A stretch of DNA of 64,000 nt from an uncultured Elusimicrobia bacterium (GTDB taxonomy: Bacteria > Elusimicrobiota > Elusimicrobia > 2-01-FULL-59-12). Both the position numbers and the translations under genes were made by a program. This document shows, piece by piece, positions 8,922 to 17,480 of the stretch; the first letter of the stretch is position 1, and every line of letters starts with the position of its first letter. The stretch lies in NCBI GenBank assembly GCA_963702895.1, contig OY969767.1, positions 1,888,001-1,952,000 on the forward strand, written 5' to 3'. Under the pieces are notes generated by a model that had not been told where the DNA came from, searched no databases, and saw only the letters and a program-made list of their open reading frames with translations.

Positions 8922-9821
8922 ATGACCGATCAAGCTCCCGCTTCCTACGCCGGTTTCTGGGTGCGGGCGGGAGCAGCCTTGATCGATACCGTCGTCCTCT
9001 TCCTTCCCATCGGGCTCGCCGGCGCGGCGCTCGCGATCGCCGCGCCGGCTCTGGCCAGAAATCCCGTCATCTCGTTTGTCATGCACTTCCTTCTTCCGGC
9101 CGCCGTCACGCTTTTCTTCTGGCGCCGGAAAGGCGCCACGCCCGGCAAAGCGTGGATGGGACTCAGGATCGTCCGCGCCTCAGGTCTTACCCCGCCCAGC
9201 CTGGGGGCTCTCATCGGCCGCTATCTTGCGTACTGGCTCTGCCTCATTCCGCTTGGACTGGGCTATATCTGGGTCGCCTGGGACAAGCGCAAGCAGGGGT
9301 TCCACGACAAGCTGGCGGGGACGCTCGTGGTGCGCGTGCATTCCGTCTCAGAAGGACACCGTCGCCGCGTCTGGGGCGTGATCCTGGCTGCGCTTCTTGT
9401 GCTCGCGCTTCTCGTCGGGCTTGGCATGACGGGCGGCCTGAGGTGGCTCCACCGGAACAAAGCGCGCCTGGCCCAAGAAGGCCTCCAGACGCGCAAACAT
9501 GCTCTTGCCTTCGCGAAGAACCGGGACCAGCAGGCCTGTCTCACGGAAGCGCTCCGGCGTGAGGCGGCCTGCGATTCTTTCCTTTGTCACATCTCGAACA
9601 ACATCTTTTTGAAGGAAGCGCTCCAGGCGAGCGCCTCGACGCCTGGCTTCTGCGACGGCGTTCCGCGCAACACCGAAATCTTAAAATCGGCCGCTTGGCG
9701 GGTCGAGCGCTGCCGGTCCATCGGGCGCGAAGACCCCTATTGCAATGAGCTTTTCGGAACCGTGCAGAAGTTCTGCAACGGCCCTGCGGACAAGAAAAGC
9801 GCTGCCCCGACCAACAAGTAA
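8922..9821 (+). CDS. RDD family membrane protein with Cys-rich C-terminal domain
   Basis: YAGFWVRAGAALID..GATPGKAWMGLRIV..KQGFHDKLAGTLVV. Confidence 0.85.
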   Translation: MTDQAPASYAGFWVRAGAALIDTVVLFLPIGLAGAALAIAAPALARNPVISFVMHFLLPAAVTLFFWRRKGATPGKAWMGLRIVRASGLTPPSLGALIGRYLAYWLCLIPLGLGYIWVAWDKRKQGFHDKLAGTLVVRVHSVSEGHRRRVWGVILAALLVLALLVGLGMTGGLRWLHRNKARLAQEGLQTRKHALAFAKNRDQQACLTEALRREAACDSFLCHISNNIFLKEALQASASTPGFCDGVPRNTEILKSAAWRVERCRSIGREDPYCNELFGTVQKFCNGPADKKSAAPTNK

Positions 9822-10162
9822 TCCAGAGATCAGTCGCACGCCGCGCGACCCTTCACGGCTGGGGGATGGTCTCCAAACTCCCGGCGACCGCCCGCCGGAT
9901 GTCTGGGCGGGCATTCCTCACGATGTTCACCCGCTGTAAGCGCTCCCAAGGCTCCCGCGAAATAGCCCATGGCTGCAGTTCCCCTTCCGAATAAGACGGT
10001 CCAGGAGACCCTTTTCCCAAAGCCCCGTGAATATTTTGGCGAGTTCTGCATCTAAGGGAATGAGAGCAGGACTGAGAAAGCTCAAAAAGAGCCTTGAAAG
10101 AGTGTGATTTATAAGTAACATATGAAGACTCAAGCCAGGTGTAATCTTTATCGATACAGCAA

Positions 10163-10471
10163 ATGAAGCCAATGATTTCCCATGAAGACGCTCAGATCGA
10201 GCGCTTCCGGAAAGATCCGGACCGCGCGGTCGCCTATTTGAACGCTTGCCTGGAGGTCGCGTTCAAGGAAGACGATCCCGGGCTTGTCCTTTTGGCCCTT
10301 TCGACCGTCGCGCGAGCTTTTGGCATGTCACGTTTGGCCAAGGAAACGGAACTTCGACGCGAAAGTTTGCACCGGATGCTCTCCAAGAAAGGAAACCCCG
10401 AATGGAGCAGCGTTTTTCGGGTGTTTCGCGCCCTCCACTTAAGGCCGCGCCTTGACCGCGTCGCAGCCTAA
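10163..10471 (+). CDS. Addiction-module antidote protein (HigA-like HTH), apparently orphan
   Basis: AVAYLNACLE..LLALSTVARAFGMSRLAKETELRRESLHRMLSKKGNP. Confidence 0.8.
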   Translation: MKPMISHEDAQIERFRKDPDRAVAYLNACLEVAFKEDDPGLVLLALSTVARAFGMSRLAKETELRRESLHRMLSKKGNPEWSSVFRVFRALHLRPRLDRVAA

Positions 10472-10565
10472 GCCGTGAGTGTGCATTGAATAAATGATGT
10501 ATTGAAAAACGAGTCAATTTCGATTAAAATCGAAATGAGATCAAGAGTTAAGAGCGGAAATCGAA

Positions 10566-11147
10566 ATGAAGAAACTAGAGCTTATTTACAGACATATACT
10601 GCATTTGCACTTTACCGAGAAAAAGCACAACTTCACACAAAAAGAATTGGCGGAAACGCTGAAATGCTCGGTGAGCACGGTCTTTCACGCCTTGCAGAAA
10701 CCCAGGCGCATGGGCGCCGTACGGGTTACAGGGCGGGACTTTGTTTTGGCTGACGCGGAAAAACTCCTGACCTATTGGGCGACGCTGCGCAGGTCGGATC
10801 GGGACGTGTTGTACAAAACCCACGCCGAGGGGACCGCGCTCCGTCGCGAGGCGCTCATGCCGCCAGGCGTGATTTTTGGAGCCTACAGCGCTTATCGTTT
10901 CTGTTATGGCGAAACACCTGCGGATTACGACACGGTCGTCGTTTATGCCCCTTCTTCCGAGCTGGTCCAACGCCGATTCCCCTCCCAAAAAGGACCCGTC
11001 AATCTCTGGGTGTTCAAGGCCGATCCTTTTCTTGCCGCCTATGGCCCTTTCACGCCGCCGGTTCAAATCTACGTTGATTTATGGAATTCCCCGCAATGGT
11101 ACGCGCAAGACTTCCGTAAAGCGCTCCACCAGAGGCTTTTCACATGA
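10566..11147 (+). CDS. wHTH protein, AbiEi-like antitoxin
   Basis: FTQKELAETLKCSVSTVFHALQK HTH; C-terminal TPPVQIYVDLW; ATGA overlap with the next gene. Confidence 0.65.
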   Translation: MKKLELIYRHILHLHFTEKKHNFTQKELAETLKCSVSTVFHALQKPRRMGAVRVTGRDFVLADAEKLLTYWATLRRSDRDVLYKTHAEGTALRREALMPPGVIFGAYSAYRFCYGETPADYDTVVVYAPSSELVQRRFPSQKGPVNLWVFKADPFLAAYGPFTPPVQIYVDLWNSPQWYAQDFRKALHQRLFT

Positions 11148-11791
11148 GCCAGGGAGAATTCTGGCATGAGCTCGTCACGGAAAAAAGCTGGCAAATTCTC
11201 CAAGAGATCCACCGCCAGTTCCCCTTTGTCTTGATCGGCGGGTGGGCGGTGTATCTGTATGCGCGAAGTTTGAAATCGAAGGACATCGACATCGTCATCG
11301 ATTACGACACCCTGGCCAAAATCCGTGACGCTTATCCCCTGACCAAAAATGACCGCTTGAAGAAATACGAGATTCGACTCGGGGAAGTCGATGTGGACAT
11401 CTACGTCCCTCACTTTTCCAATCCTGGCCTGCCGGCCGAAATCCTCCTGGAGGGCGCCTCCACCCAGGAAGGGTTTCGTGTGCCACGTCTTGATGAACTC
11501 TTGCTGATGAAAGAAAACGCACGGAACGAGCGTCGAGGATCCGCCAAGGGAGAAAAAGACGGCCTGGATTTGCTCAGTCTTTTGAAAACGGAAGCGCTTG
11601 ATTGGGCGCGCTACCTGGCGCTCGCCAAACGCCACAACCCTGAATCACCCGCGCGCTTGAAGCAATTTCTCGAAACGACGGCGGATGCCCTCCCCCTTGG
11701 CCTCAATCGCCACCAACTCTCGCGCCTCAAGAAGAGATGGCTTGCCCATCTCGATGAATTCGATCAGCCGCCTCCATCCCCTCAACCGTAA
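11144..11791 (+). CDS. Nucleotidyltransferase, AbiEii-like
   Basis: FVLIGGWAV..KSKDIDIVID and LLLMK....R....K..KD..D motifs. Confidence 0.7.
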   Translation: MSQGEFWHELVTEKSWQILQEIHRQFPFVLIGGWAVYLYARSLKSKDIDIVIDYDTLAKIRDAYPLTKNDRLKKYEIRLGEVDVDIYVPHFSNPGLPAEILLEGASTQEGFRVPRLDELLLMKENARNERRGSAKGEKDGLDLLSLLKTEALDWARYLALAKRHNPESPARLKQFLETTADALPLGLNRHQLSRLKKRWLAHLDEFDQPPPSPQP

Positions 11792-12000
11792 CGCGCGCTT
11801 GTCGTATTGATTTTGAGATTGGCGGATTCGTCTCACTGCGTCATGGTCGGGCTTGTGCCGCTGCAAGAAACCCAGTCCGAACACGGCCACAAATATCACC
11901 AGTACAATACCACCCGTTTTTGGAACAGTCGACCCAACCACCACCCCCCTCATCAACTCAGAAATGAAAGGATTCCCGTCGATTAAGTACAATTGGCTCC

Positions 12001-12321
12001 ATGAAAGACATCCTTCATTTGGTCCAAGACGCAGCGGCAAAGAAGCTGCTCTTTCTACCTCATGCGATTGATCAAATGAACCGGCCGGAGCGGCTGATTA
12101 CGCCTAAGGAAGTCCGTGAAGTTGTCACGGGAGGTCAAGCCATTGAGGATTACCCGACTGATTCGAGGGGCCATAGCTGTCTTATGATGGGAATAACCTC
12201 TGCCGAGCGTACCGTTCACGTTGTATGCAGCCCGAAAGAAGATTATTTGGCGATCATCACAGCGTATCTGCCGTCCAGGGAAGAATGGGACCGAGATCTA
12301 AGAACGAGGAAGAAACCATGA
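12001..12321 (+). CDS. DUF4258 domain protein (putative toxin)
   Basis: HAIDQM..GQAIEDYPTDSRGHSCLMMG..HVVC..IITAYLPS..W. Confidence 0.85.
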   Translation: MKDILHLVQDAAAKKLLFLPHAIDQMNRPERLITPKEVREVVTGGQAIEDYPTDSRGHSCLMMGITSAERTVHVVCSPKEDYLAIITAYLPSREEWDRDLRTRKKP

Positions 12322-12530
12322 AATGCATTTATTGCCAGGGAAAAATGAAAGAGGGATTGGCGTCCTATAACGTCAATCGAAAGGGTTATCACCTTTTGCT
12401 GGACAAGGTCCGTGCCTGGATCTGCGATCAATGCGGTGAACCGTATTTTGAAGAGACGGAAGTCCAATCCATTCAGGACGTCGTGCGAGCCCTTGATCAG
12501 CAGGTGTCAAAACTCCCCAAATCCGCCTAA
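12318..12530 (+). CDS. YgiT/MqsA-type zinc-finger protein (putative antitoxin)
   Basis: MKCIYCQG...VRAWICDQCGEPYF; ATGA overlap. Confidence 0.85.
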   Translation: MKCIYCQGKMKEGLASYNVNRKGYHLLLDKVRAWICDQCGEPYFEETEVQSIQDVVRALDQQVSKLPKSA

Positions 12531-12647
12531 TTTATTTCCTCAGACCGACTCTATCATAGAAGTCGACGATCGCCCTTGATCGGGTTGAGCATGAAGCGTC
12601 GCAGATCTGCAGCGACGCGCAACCGTCGTCCGCAGTAAAATCGTTCA

Positions 12648-13439
12648 TTAAGACGCAGAGGTGTCCGGCAGAGGTGCCAGAGCAACGTTGTTCTGGCAAG
12701 AGAAGTCCCCTACGTTGCTGCGCCGAACCAGAATGAGAACTCCCGTGATGGTCTTTCGGGGAATGGAGGGCCCTGGACCGCGACGCGTCAGGCGGTCCCC
12801 CTTCTTGGGGACGAACTGCTTATCAGGGAACGGGCAGATCTTGATGAGATGACACTCCCAGCAGCGGGGGGCCTTGGCCAGGCAGATGTAGCGGCCATGG
12901 AGCACCATCGACTGCGAAAAATAGACCCAGTGCTTCTTCGGAACCACCTTCATGAGGTCCTGCTCAATCTTGATGGGATCATCGCCTTTGGAGAGGTGAA
13001 AGCGGTTGGCGAGGCGGATCATGTGGGTGTCGACCACAATCCCGGCAGCGATGCCGTGGACAGCTCCCAGGAGGACGTTCGCGCTTTTGCGACCGATCCC
13101 GGGAAGCTGGGTCAGGTCCTCCATCGTCTTGGGCAATTCCCCCCCAAACTTCTCCACGATCATGCGGCAGGCGCCAAGGATGCTTTTCGTTTTCGCTCGG
13201 AAGAAGCCGCAGCGGAAGACCATTTTTTCGACGTCCAGGGGATTGGCCCGGGCGAAGGCCTGGACCGTGGGGTACTTTTTGAAGAGGGCGAGCGTCACTT
13301 CGTTCACGGTCTTGTCGGTCGACTGAGCGGAAAGGACGACACCCACCATGAGTTCCAGAGCATTTCGATGGTTGACCTCACACCGCGGCCGCGGCCAATG
13401 CTTTCGTAAAAGAGGTAGGAGACGGTTACTAAAATTCAT
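12648..13439 (-). CDS. nth: Endonuclease III
   Basis: LSAQSTDKTVN, LPGIGRKSAN (HhH), VDTH, CLAKAPRCWECHLIKIC 4Fe-4S motif; atypical C-terminal tail. Confidence 0.92.
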   Translation of the reverse strand: MNFSNRLLPLLRKHWPRPRCEVNHRNALELMVGVVLSAQSTDKTVNEVTLALFKKYPTVQAFARANPLDVEKMVFRCGFFRAKTKSILGACRMIVEKFGGELPKTMEDLTQLPGIGRKSANVLLGAVHGIAAGIVVDTHMIRLANRFHLSKGDDPIKIEQDLMKVVPKKHWVYFSQSMVLHGRYICLAKAPRCWECHLIKICPFPDKQFVPKKGDRLTRRGPGPSIPRKTITGVLILVRRSNVGDFSCQNNVALAPLPDTSAS

Positions 13440-13447
13440 GCCAAGAT

Positions 13448-13921
13448 GATCATGCTCTCATAACACGCTCGTCATCGGGTATTGGGGGCTTCCCCGCGCG
13501 AGGGAATTCATGGCGCCAGTCGCCACACGTCAGGCGACTGCCCGCCTGATGGTTTGGCGGGCAGCTCGGCTGGCCGTCCCCCCACCCCCCATTCGCGGAC
13601 GAATGGGGGAGTGGTCCAGCAGTCGCAGGCCTTGCGAATTCCACGCGCGGATCCAGCCCCCAATACCCGCCGACGGCTCGAGCTAACAATCGATCGAACT
13701 CACATGCAAGATCCCCAAGACAGTCTCCAATCGAGAAAGTGGGCTGGCTGGAACCGGAAGTGGCGCGCGGAGTGCGCGTAAGCTTCGACAAGTCAACGAT
13801 GGATGGGCGCGATACCTCCCGCCGAAGGCGGGGGATGGGGGGCCCCGCCCATCCGAGTTGACGCCAGGAAGCGCCAGCGCACGTCGAGCGCCACTTCCGG
13901 TTCCCCCCTTTAAGGATCATG
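13448..13921. repeat. Two large foldback elements bounded by a GATCATG direct repeat
   Basis: cgggtattgggggct pairs with agcccccaatacccg; gaaccggaagtggcgc pairs with gcgccacttccggttc; gatcatg at 13448 and 13915. Confidence 0.65.
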
Positions 13922-13937
13922 TGGAATATCTTCAGCT

Positions 13938-14546
13938 TCATTTGAGGTCGCCGGTCATCGGGACAAAAGAGACCGGGATGATGGAGCGTTTCTCCAGTTG
14001 GCCGCCTCGTTTGGTCATTTGGTAGAGCGTCTGTCCCTTCGACCAGACGCCGACAGGGATCACCAAGCGCCCGCCCTCCCGAAGTTGATCGGCCAGCGCC
14101 GGAGGGACGTCCTCGGGCGAGCAGGTGACGATGATCGCGTCAAAGGGGGCCTCTTCCGGCCAGCCCCGGTAACCATCCCCCTGGCGCGTGTGGACATTCT
14201 TGTAACCCAAACTCTCCAGCCGCGCTTTCGACAGGACGGCCAATTCCGGGACGATTTCGATGGAGTAGACCTCCTTCGCGAGTTCCCCCAGAATGGCCGC
14301 CTGGTAGCCGGAGCCGGTCCCGATTTCGAGGACTTTTTCTGTCCCCTTGAGCTCCAGCAACTCGCTCATCAGCGCCACCACATAAGGCTGAGAGATCGTT
14401 TGATCGTAGCCAATGGGGAGCGCGCCGTCGTCATAGGCCCGGTCTTTGATCTCCTCAGGAACAAAGAGCTCCCGTTCCACGCGGCGCATGGCGTCAAGGA
14501 CCCGTGGATCTTGGATCCCGCGCAAATGAAGTTGTTTCTCAACCAT
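13938..14546 (-). CDS. pcm: Protein-L-isoaspartate O-methyltransferase
   Basis: AYDDGALPIGYDQTISQPY, VLEIGTGSGYQAA, GDGYRGWPEEAPFDAI, FVPMTG; start uncertain (TGATG coupling at 14546 chosen). Confidence 0.92.
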   Translation of the reverse strand: MVEKQLHLRGIQDPRVLDAMRRVERELFVPEEIKDRAYDDGALPIGYDQTISQPYVVALMSELLELKGTEKVLEIGTGSGYQAAILGELAKEVYSIEIVPELAVLSKARLESLGYKNVHTRQGDGYRGWPEEAPFDAIIVTCSPEDVPPALADQLREGGRLVIPVGVWSKGQTLYQMTKRGGQLEKRSIIPVSFVPMTGDLK

Positions 14547-14767
14547 CACGGACCTGGATCTGTATAGATCTCCTTGGCGGCTTGGACGAATTCCGCCGTG
14601 CGCGCCGTGGTGTGCAAGACCAGGGAGCACAAGAGCACAAGCAATCCAAAATAAACCGTGAAGACGAGACGATTTCTGTCTTCGAGAAATTTCCGGAACC
14701 CGTAGAGCGCGTTCGGAATGACGAGACATGCGACGAGCAGAACCACCGTGCCATAAATCCATAACAT
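14546..14767 (-). CDS. Small two-TM membrane protein
   Basis: MLWIYGTVVLLVACLVIP..; GAGGG RBS, starts just after the polX stop and stop overlaps pcm ATG. Confidence 0.5.
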   Translation of the reverse strand: MLWIYGTVVLLVACLVIPNALYGFRKFLEDRNRLVFTVYFGLLVLLCSLVLHTTARTAEFVQAAKEIYTDPGP

Positions 14768-14772
14768 ACCCT

Positions 14773-16707
14773 CTATCTCCTTCGCGTCTTGAGCCAAGAC
14801 GAGATCTTGGACAGCGGAAGCGTATTGAGGACATCCGCCTGCGTGAGCCATCCTTTACGAGCGATCCCCACACCATAGCGTACCACTTGGAGCCCTCCCA
14901 CGCTGTGCGCATCGGGATTGATGCTGATTTTCACGCCCAGTTCCCGGGCTTTCGGGAGCTCCCGCCAATCGATGTCCAACCGTTGGGGATGGGCGTTGAG
15001 CTCAAGGGCCACCCCCTCGCCGGCTGCCGCGCGCAGCACTTCGTCGTGCCGCACCGCGTAACCGTCACGTTCCAGCAGGAGCCGGCCGGTCATGTGGCCG
15101 AGAAAAGTGACATATTGATTCTTGAGCGCGCGCACGATACGGGCCGTCATCTCCGCTTCGGAAAGGTTGTAGTTCGAATGCACGGAAGCGATCACGAAAT
15201 CGTAGCCCTCGAGGATGGCGTCGGGGTAATCCAGGGAACCGTCTTTGAGGACATCGCATTCCGTCCCCCAGAAAATATGGATTTTGAATTTCTCCCGAAG
15301 CTTCTCGATTTCCTTCCTTTGCTGGGACACCCGTTCGGGAGTTAACCCCTTGGCATAGACCGCGGACCGGGAATGGTCCGAGATGCCGACATACGCCCAG
15401 CCCAGACCCTGGGCTCCCGCGATCATCTCTTCCAGGGAGGCGCGGCCGTCGGACCAGGTGCTGTGGACGTGAAACACGCCGCGGATGTCCTCGAGTTCAA
15501 TCAAAGCGGGCAGTTTTCCCTTTTCAGCCGCCTCGATTTCCCCGCGATCTTCCCGCAGCTCCGGTGGGATGTAAGCCAGTCCGAGTTTTTTGAAAAGTTC
15601 CGCTTCATCCTTACACTTCACGGATGTCACCCCGGCGGACGCCGGGGTCCAGTCCTCGGACAATGTTCTGGATTCCGGCCCTCCACTTTGGCTCGGCGGG
15701 CCGTCCGCCAAGGTTGTAGTGGTGGACGGCTTTCGCCGGAATGACGAAGAGATCTTAAAAAGCCCATACTCGTTCAGTCTCATTCCTCTGTCTTGCGCGC
15801 GCTGGCGCATCGCGATGTTGTGCTCCTTGGAACCGGTGAAATAATGCAGGGCGCAGGGATACTGATGGTCGCTCACCACCCGGACATCGACCTGGATTCC
15901 TTCTTTAAGGAGCACGCTCGCCTTCGTTTCCCCCTGCCCCAGCACGCGCTCCACGGCGGGCAACTGGACAAACCGCTCCAGAATAGCGGCCGTCCGACGT
16001 CCGACGTTCGACGTCGCACCAGCCTTAGGAAGTCGGGATTGTCCGCGCTGTTCGCCTTTGGCGACCTGCCCTGACGTCGGACGTCGCGCGTCGGACGATG
16101 GGACGCTGACCAGAATATCCACATCCCGAATGACTTCTTTATGACGGCGAAGGCTGCCGCAGATCGAGGACCTCCGGACGCCCGGGACTTGGTTGATTTC
16201 AGCCAGGATACGCTCGCCTGCCGCGAGGGCCTCGTCCAAGCGGTGCTCTTCGGCATGTTGGCCCAGGAACGCGAGCCCTTGGAGGATATTCTCTTGCAAC
16301 TTCTCACCGAAGCCTTCCAGCTTCGCGACTTTTCCGTCCTTGCAGGCTTTTTTGAGCCCGGGGATGTCCTTGATTTTGAGCTTGTCGTAGAGAAGCTTGG
16401 CGCGCTTGGGACCGACCCCCTGCACGCGGATCATGTCGAGGAGCCCGGGAGGCAAAGACTGGCGCAACTCCTCCAGGTAAGGGAGTTTGCCGGTGTTCCA
16501 GAGCGTCTCGATCTTTTCAGCAAGGGCCTCACCGATCCCTTTCAGGGTGGTGAGTTTGCTGTCCCGGACGAGCTCCTCAAGATGGTCGATGGTGAGGATG
16601 AGGCGCGAGGCGTTCTGATAGGCGCGGGATTTAAAGGGGTTCTCGCCTTTGAGTTCGAGGAGCGTCCCGATTTCTTCGAGGATTTCAGAAATTTTGGCTT
16701 TGTCCAT
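14773..16707 (-). CDS. polX: DNA polymerase X family with PHP domain, carrying two in-frame palindromic insertions
   Basis: GENPFKSRAY, GSLRR..DVDILV, YFTGSKEHN, NEYGLF, YIPPELRE, HVHSTWSDG, SDHS, NPDAH. Confidence 0.93.
   Translation of the reverse strand: MDKAKISEILEEIGTLLELKGENPFKSRAYQNASRLILTIDHLEELVRDSKLTTLKGIGEALAEKIETLWNTGKLPYLEELRQSLPPGLLDMIRVQGVGPKRAKLLYDKLKIKDIPGLKKACKDGKVAKLEGFGEKLQENILQGLAFLGQHAEEHRLDEALAAGERILAEINQVPGVRRSSICGSLRRHKEVIRDVDILVSVPSSDARRPTSGQVAKGEQRGQSRLPKAGATSNVGRRTAAILERFVQLPAVERVLGQGETKASVLLKEGIQVDVRVVSDHQYPCALHYFTGSKEHNIAMRQRAQDRGMRLNEYGLFKISSSFRRKPSTTTTLADGPPSQSGGPESRTLSEDWTPASAGVTSVKCKDEAELFKKLGLAYIPPELREDRGEIEAAEKGKLPALIELEDIRGVFHVHSTWSDGRASLEEMIAGAQGLGWAYVGISDHSRSAVYAKGLTPERVSQQRKEIEKLREKFKIHIFWGTECDVLKDGSLDYPDAILEGYDFVIASVHSNYNLSEAEMTARIVRALKNQYVTFLGHMTGRLLLERDGYAVRHDEVLRAAAGEGVALELNAHPQRLDIDWRELPKARELGVKISINPDAHSVGGLQVVRYGVGIARKGWLTQADVLNTLPLSKISSWLKTRRR
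15626..15745. repeat. 120-bp palindromic element inserted in frame in polX
   Basis: Equals the 69-bp element at 8273-8341 plus nested 22-bp and 29-bp hairpins. Confidence 0.85.
15991..16097. repeat. CGTCCGA-heptamer inverted-repeat element inside polX
   Basis: cgtccgacgtccgacgttcgacgtc ... gacgtcggacgtcgcgcgtcggacg; same family at 53422-53563. Confidence 0.75.
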
Positions 16708-16716
16708 ATACACGTT

Positions 16717-16961
16717 CCCCCTCTCCCACGGTACGTGGGAGAGGGCCTTGGGTGAGGGCCAAACGTGCCCTCATCCTCCCCTTCTCCCACCTTCGGTGGG
16801 AGAAGGAAGGTTTCAGTCCCCCTCTCCCACGTACCGTGGGAGAGGGCCTTGGGTGAGGGCCAAACGTGCCCTCATCCTCCCCTTCTCCCACCTTCGGTGG
16901 GAGAAGGAAGGTTTCAGTCCCCCTCTCCCACGGTACGTGGGAGAGGGCCTTGGGTGAGGGC
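16717..16961. repeat. 101-bp tandem palindromic array (2.4 copies), CCCTCTCCC..GGGAGAGGG family
   Basis: Units start at 16717, 16818 and 16919. Confidence 0.9.
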
Positions 16962-17294
16962 ACGGTAAACATGGGCAACGACATCATCCGGTTTCAGCAG
17001 AATTTCATTGTCCCAAAAGCGGACAACCTTAAAACCATGATTTTTCAACGATTCTGTGCGCACTTGATCATAGTCCTTAGCATCCTGGTGCTGGCCACCA
17101 TCAAGTTCGACAATTAGTTTTGGTGCAAGGCAGCAGAAATCAACAATATAGGAGCCGATCACTCTTTGTCGCCGGAATTTAAAGCCTTCCAGTTGGCGCG
17201 AGCGCAATAATTTCCACAGTTTTCTCTCTGCATCGGTTTGTTCTTTACGCAATTTTCTTGCAAAGGAAAGCTTCTGAGAAGAAATGCGTGCCAT
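16914..17294 (-). CDS. DUF559 (Vsr-like) endonuclease
   Basis: ARKLRKEQTDAERKLW..LR..QL.GFKFRRQ..IG.YIVDF.C...LIVELDGGQH..D..R...L...GF.V.RFW. Confidence 0.9.
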   Translation of the reverse strand: MARISSQKLSFARKLRKEQTDAERKLWKLLRSRQLEGFKFRRQRVIGSYIVDFCCLAPKLIVELDGGQHQDAKDYDQVRTESLKNHGFKVVRFWDNEILLKPDDVVAHVYRALTQGPLPRTVGEGD

Positions 17295-17310
17295 AAACAG
17301 AAAAAGACTG

Positions 17311-17475
17311 TGCCCTCATCCCAGCCTTCTCCCGCTTTCCAGCGGGAGAAGGAAGACTTCAGTCCCCCTCTCCCGCGGAACGCGGGAGAGGGCGGTCGCC
17401 AGTCGTCTGGCGAACGGGTGAGGGCTCCTTTTGCCCTCATCCCAACCTTCTCCCGCTTTCCAGCGGGAGAAGGGG
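17311..17475. repeat. Second CCCTCTCCC/CCTTCTCCC palindromic array upstream of DUF559
   Basis: gccctcatccca.ccttctcccgctttccagcgggagaagg twice around ccctctcccgcggaacgcgggagaggg. Confidence 0.85.
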
Positions 17476-17480
17476 TATTT

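Noticed and set aside
9830..10160. Toxin partner for the 10163 antidote
   Set aside because: No plus-strand RelE/HigB-like ORF; only short unrecognisable frames
11645..12071. ORFs 11645-12040 (-) and 11853-12071 (+)
   Set aside because: Overlap confident genes and show no recognisable motif
13450..13941. 163-aa ORF
   Set aside because: Coincides with foldback elements and has no protein-like motifs; treated as read-through of the insert
14547..14912. Long N-terminal extension of Pcm
   Set aside because: Overlaps polX and a better-coupled small ORF; part of it could still be real
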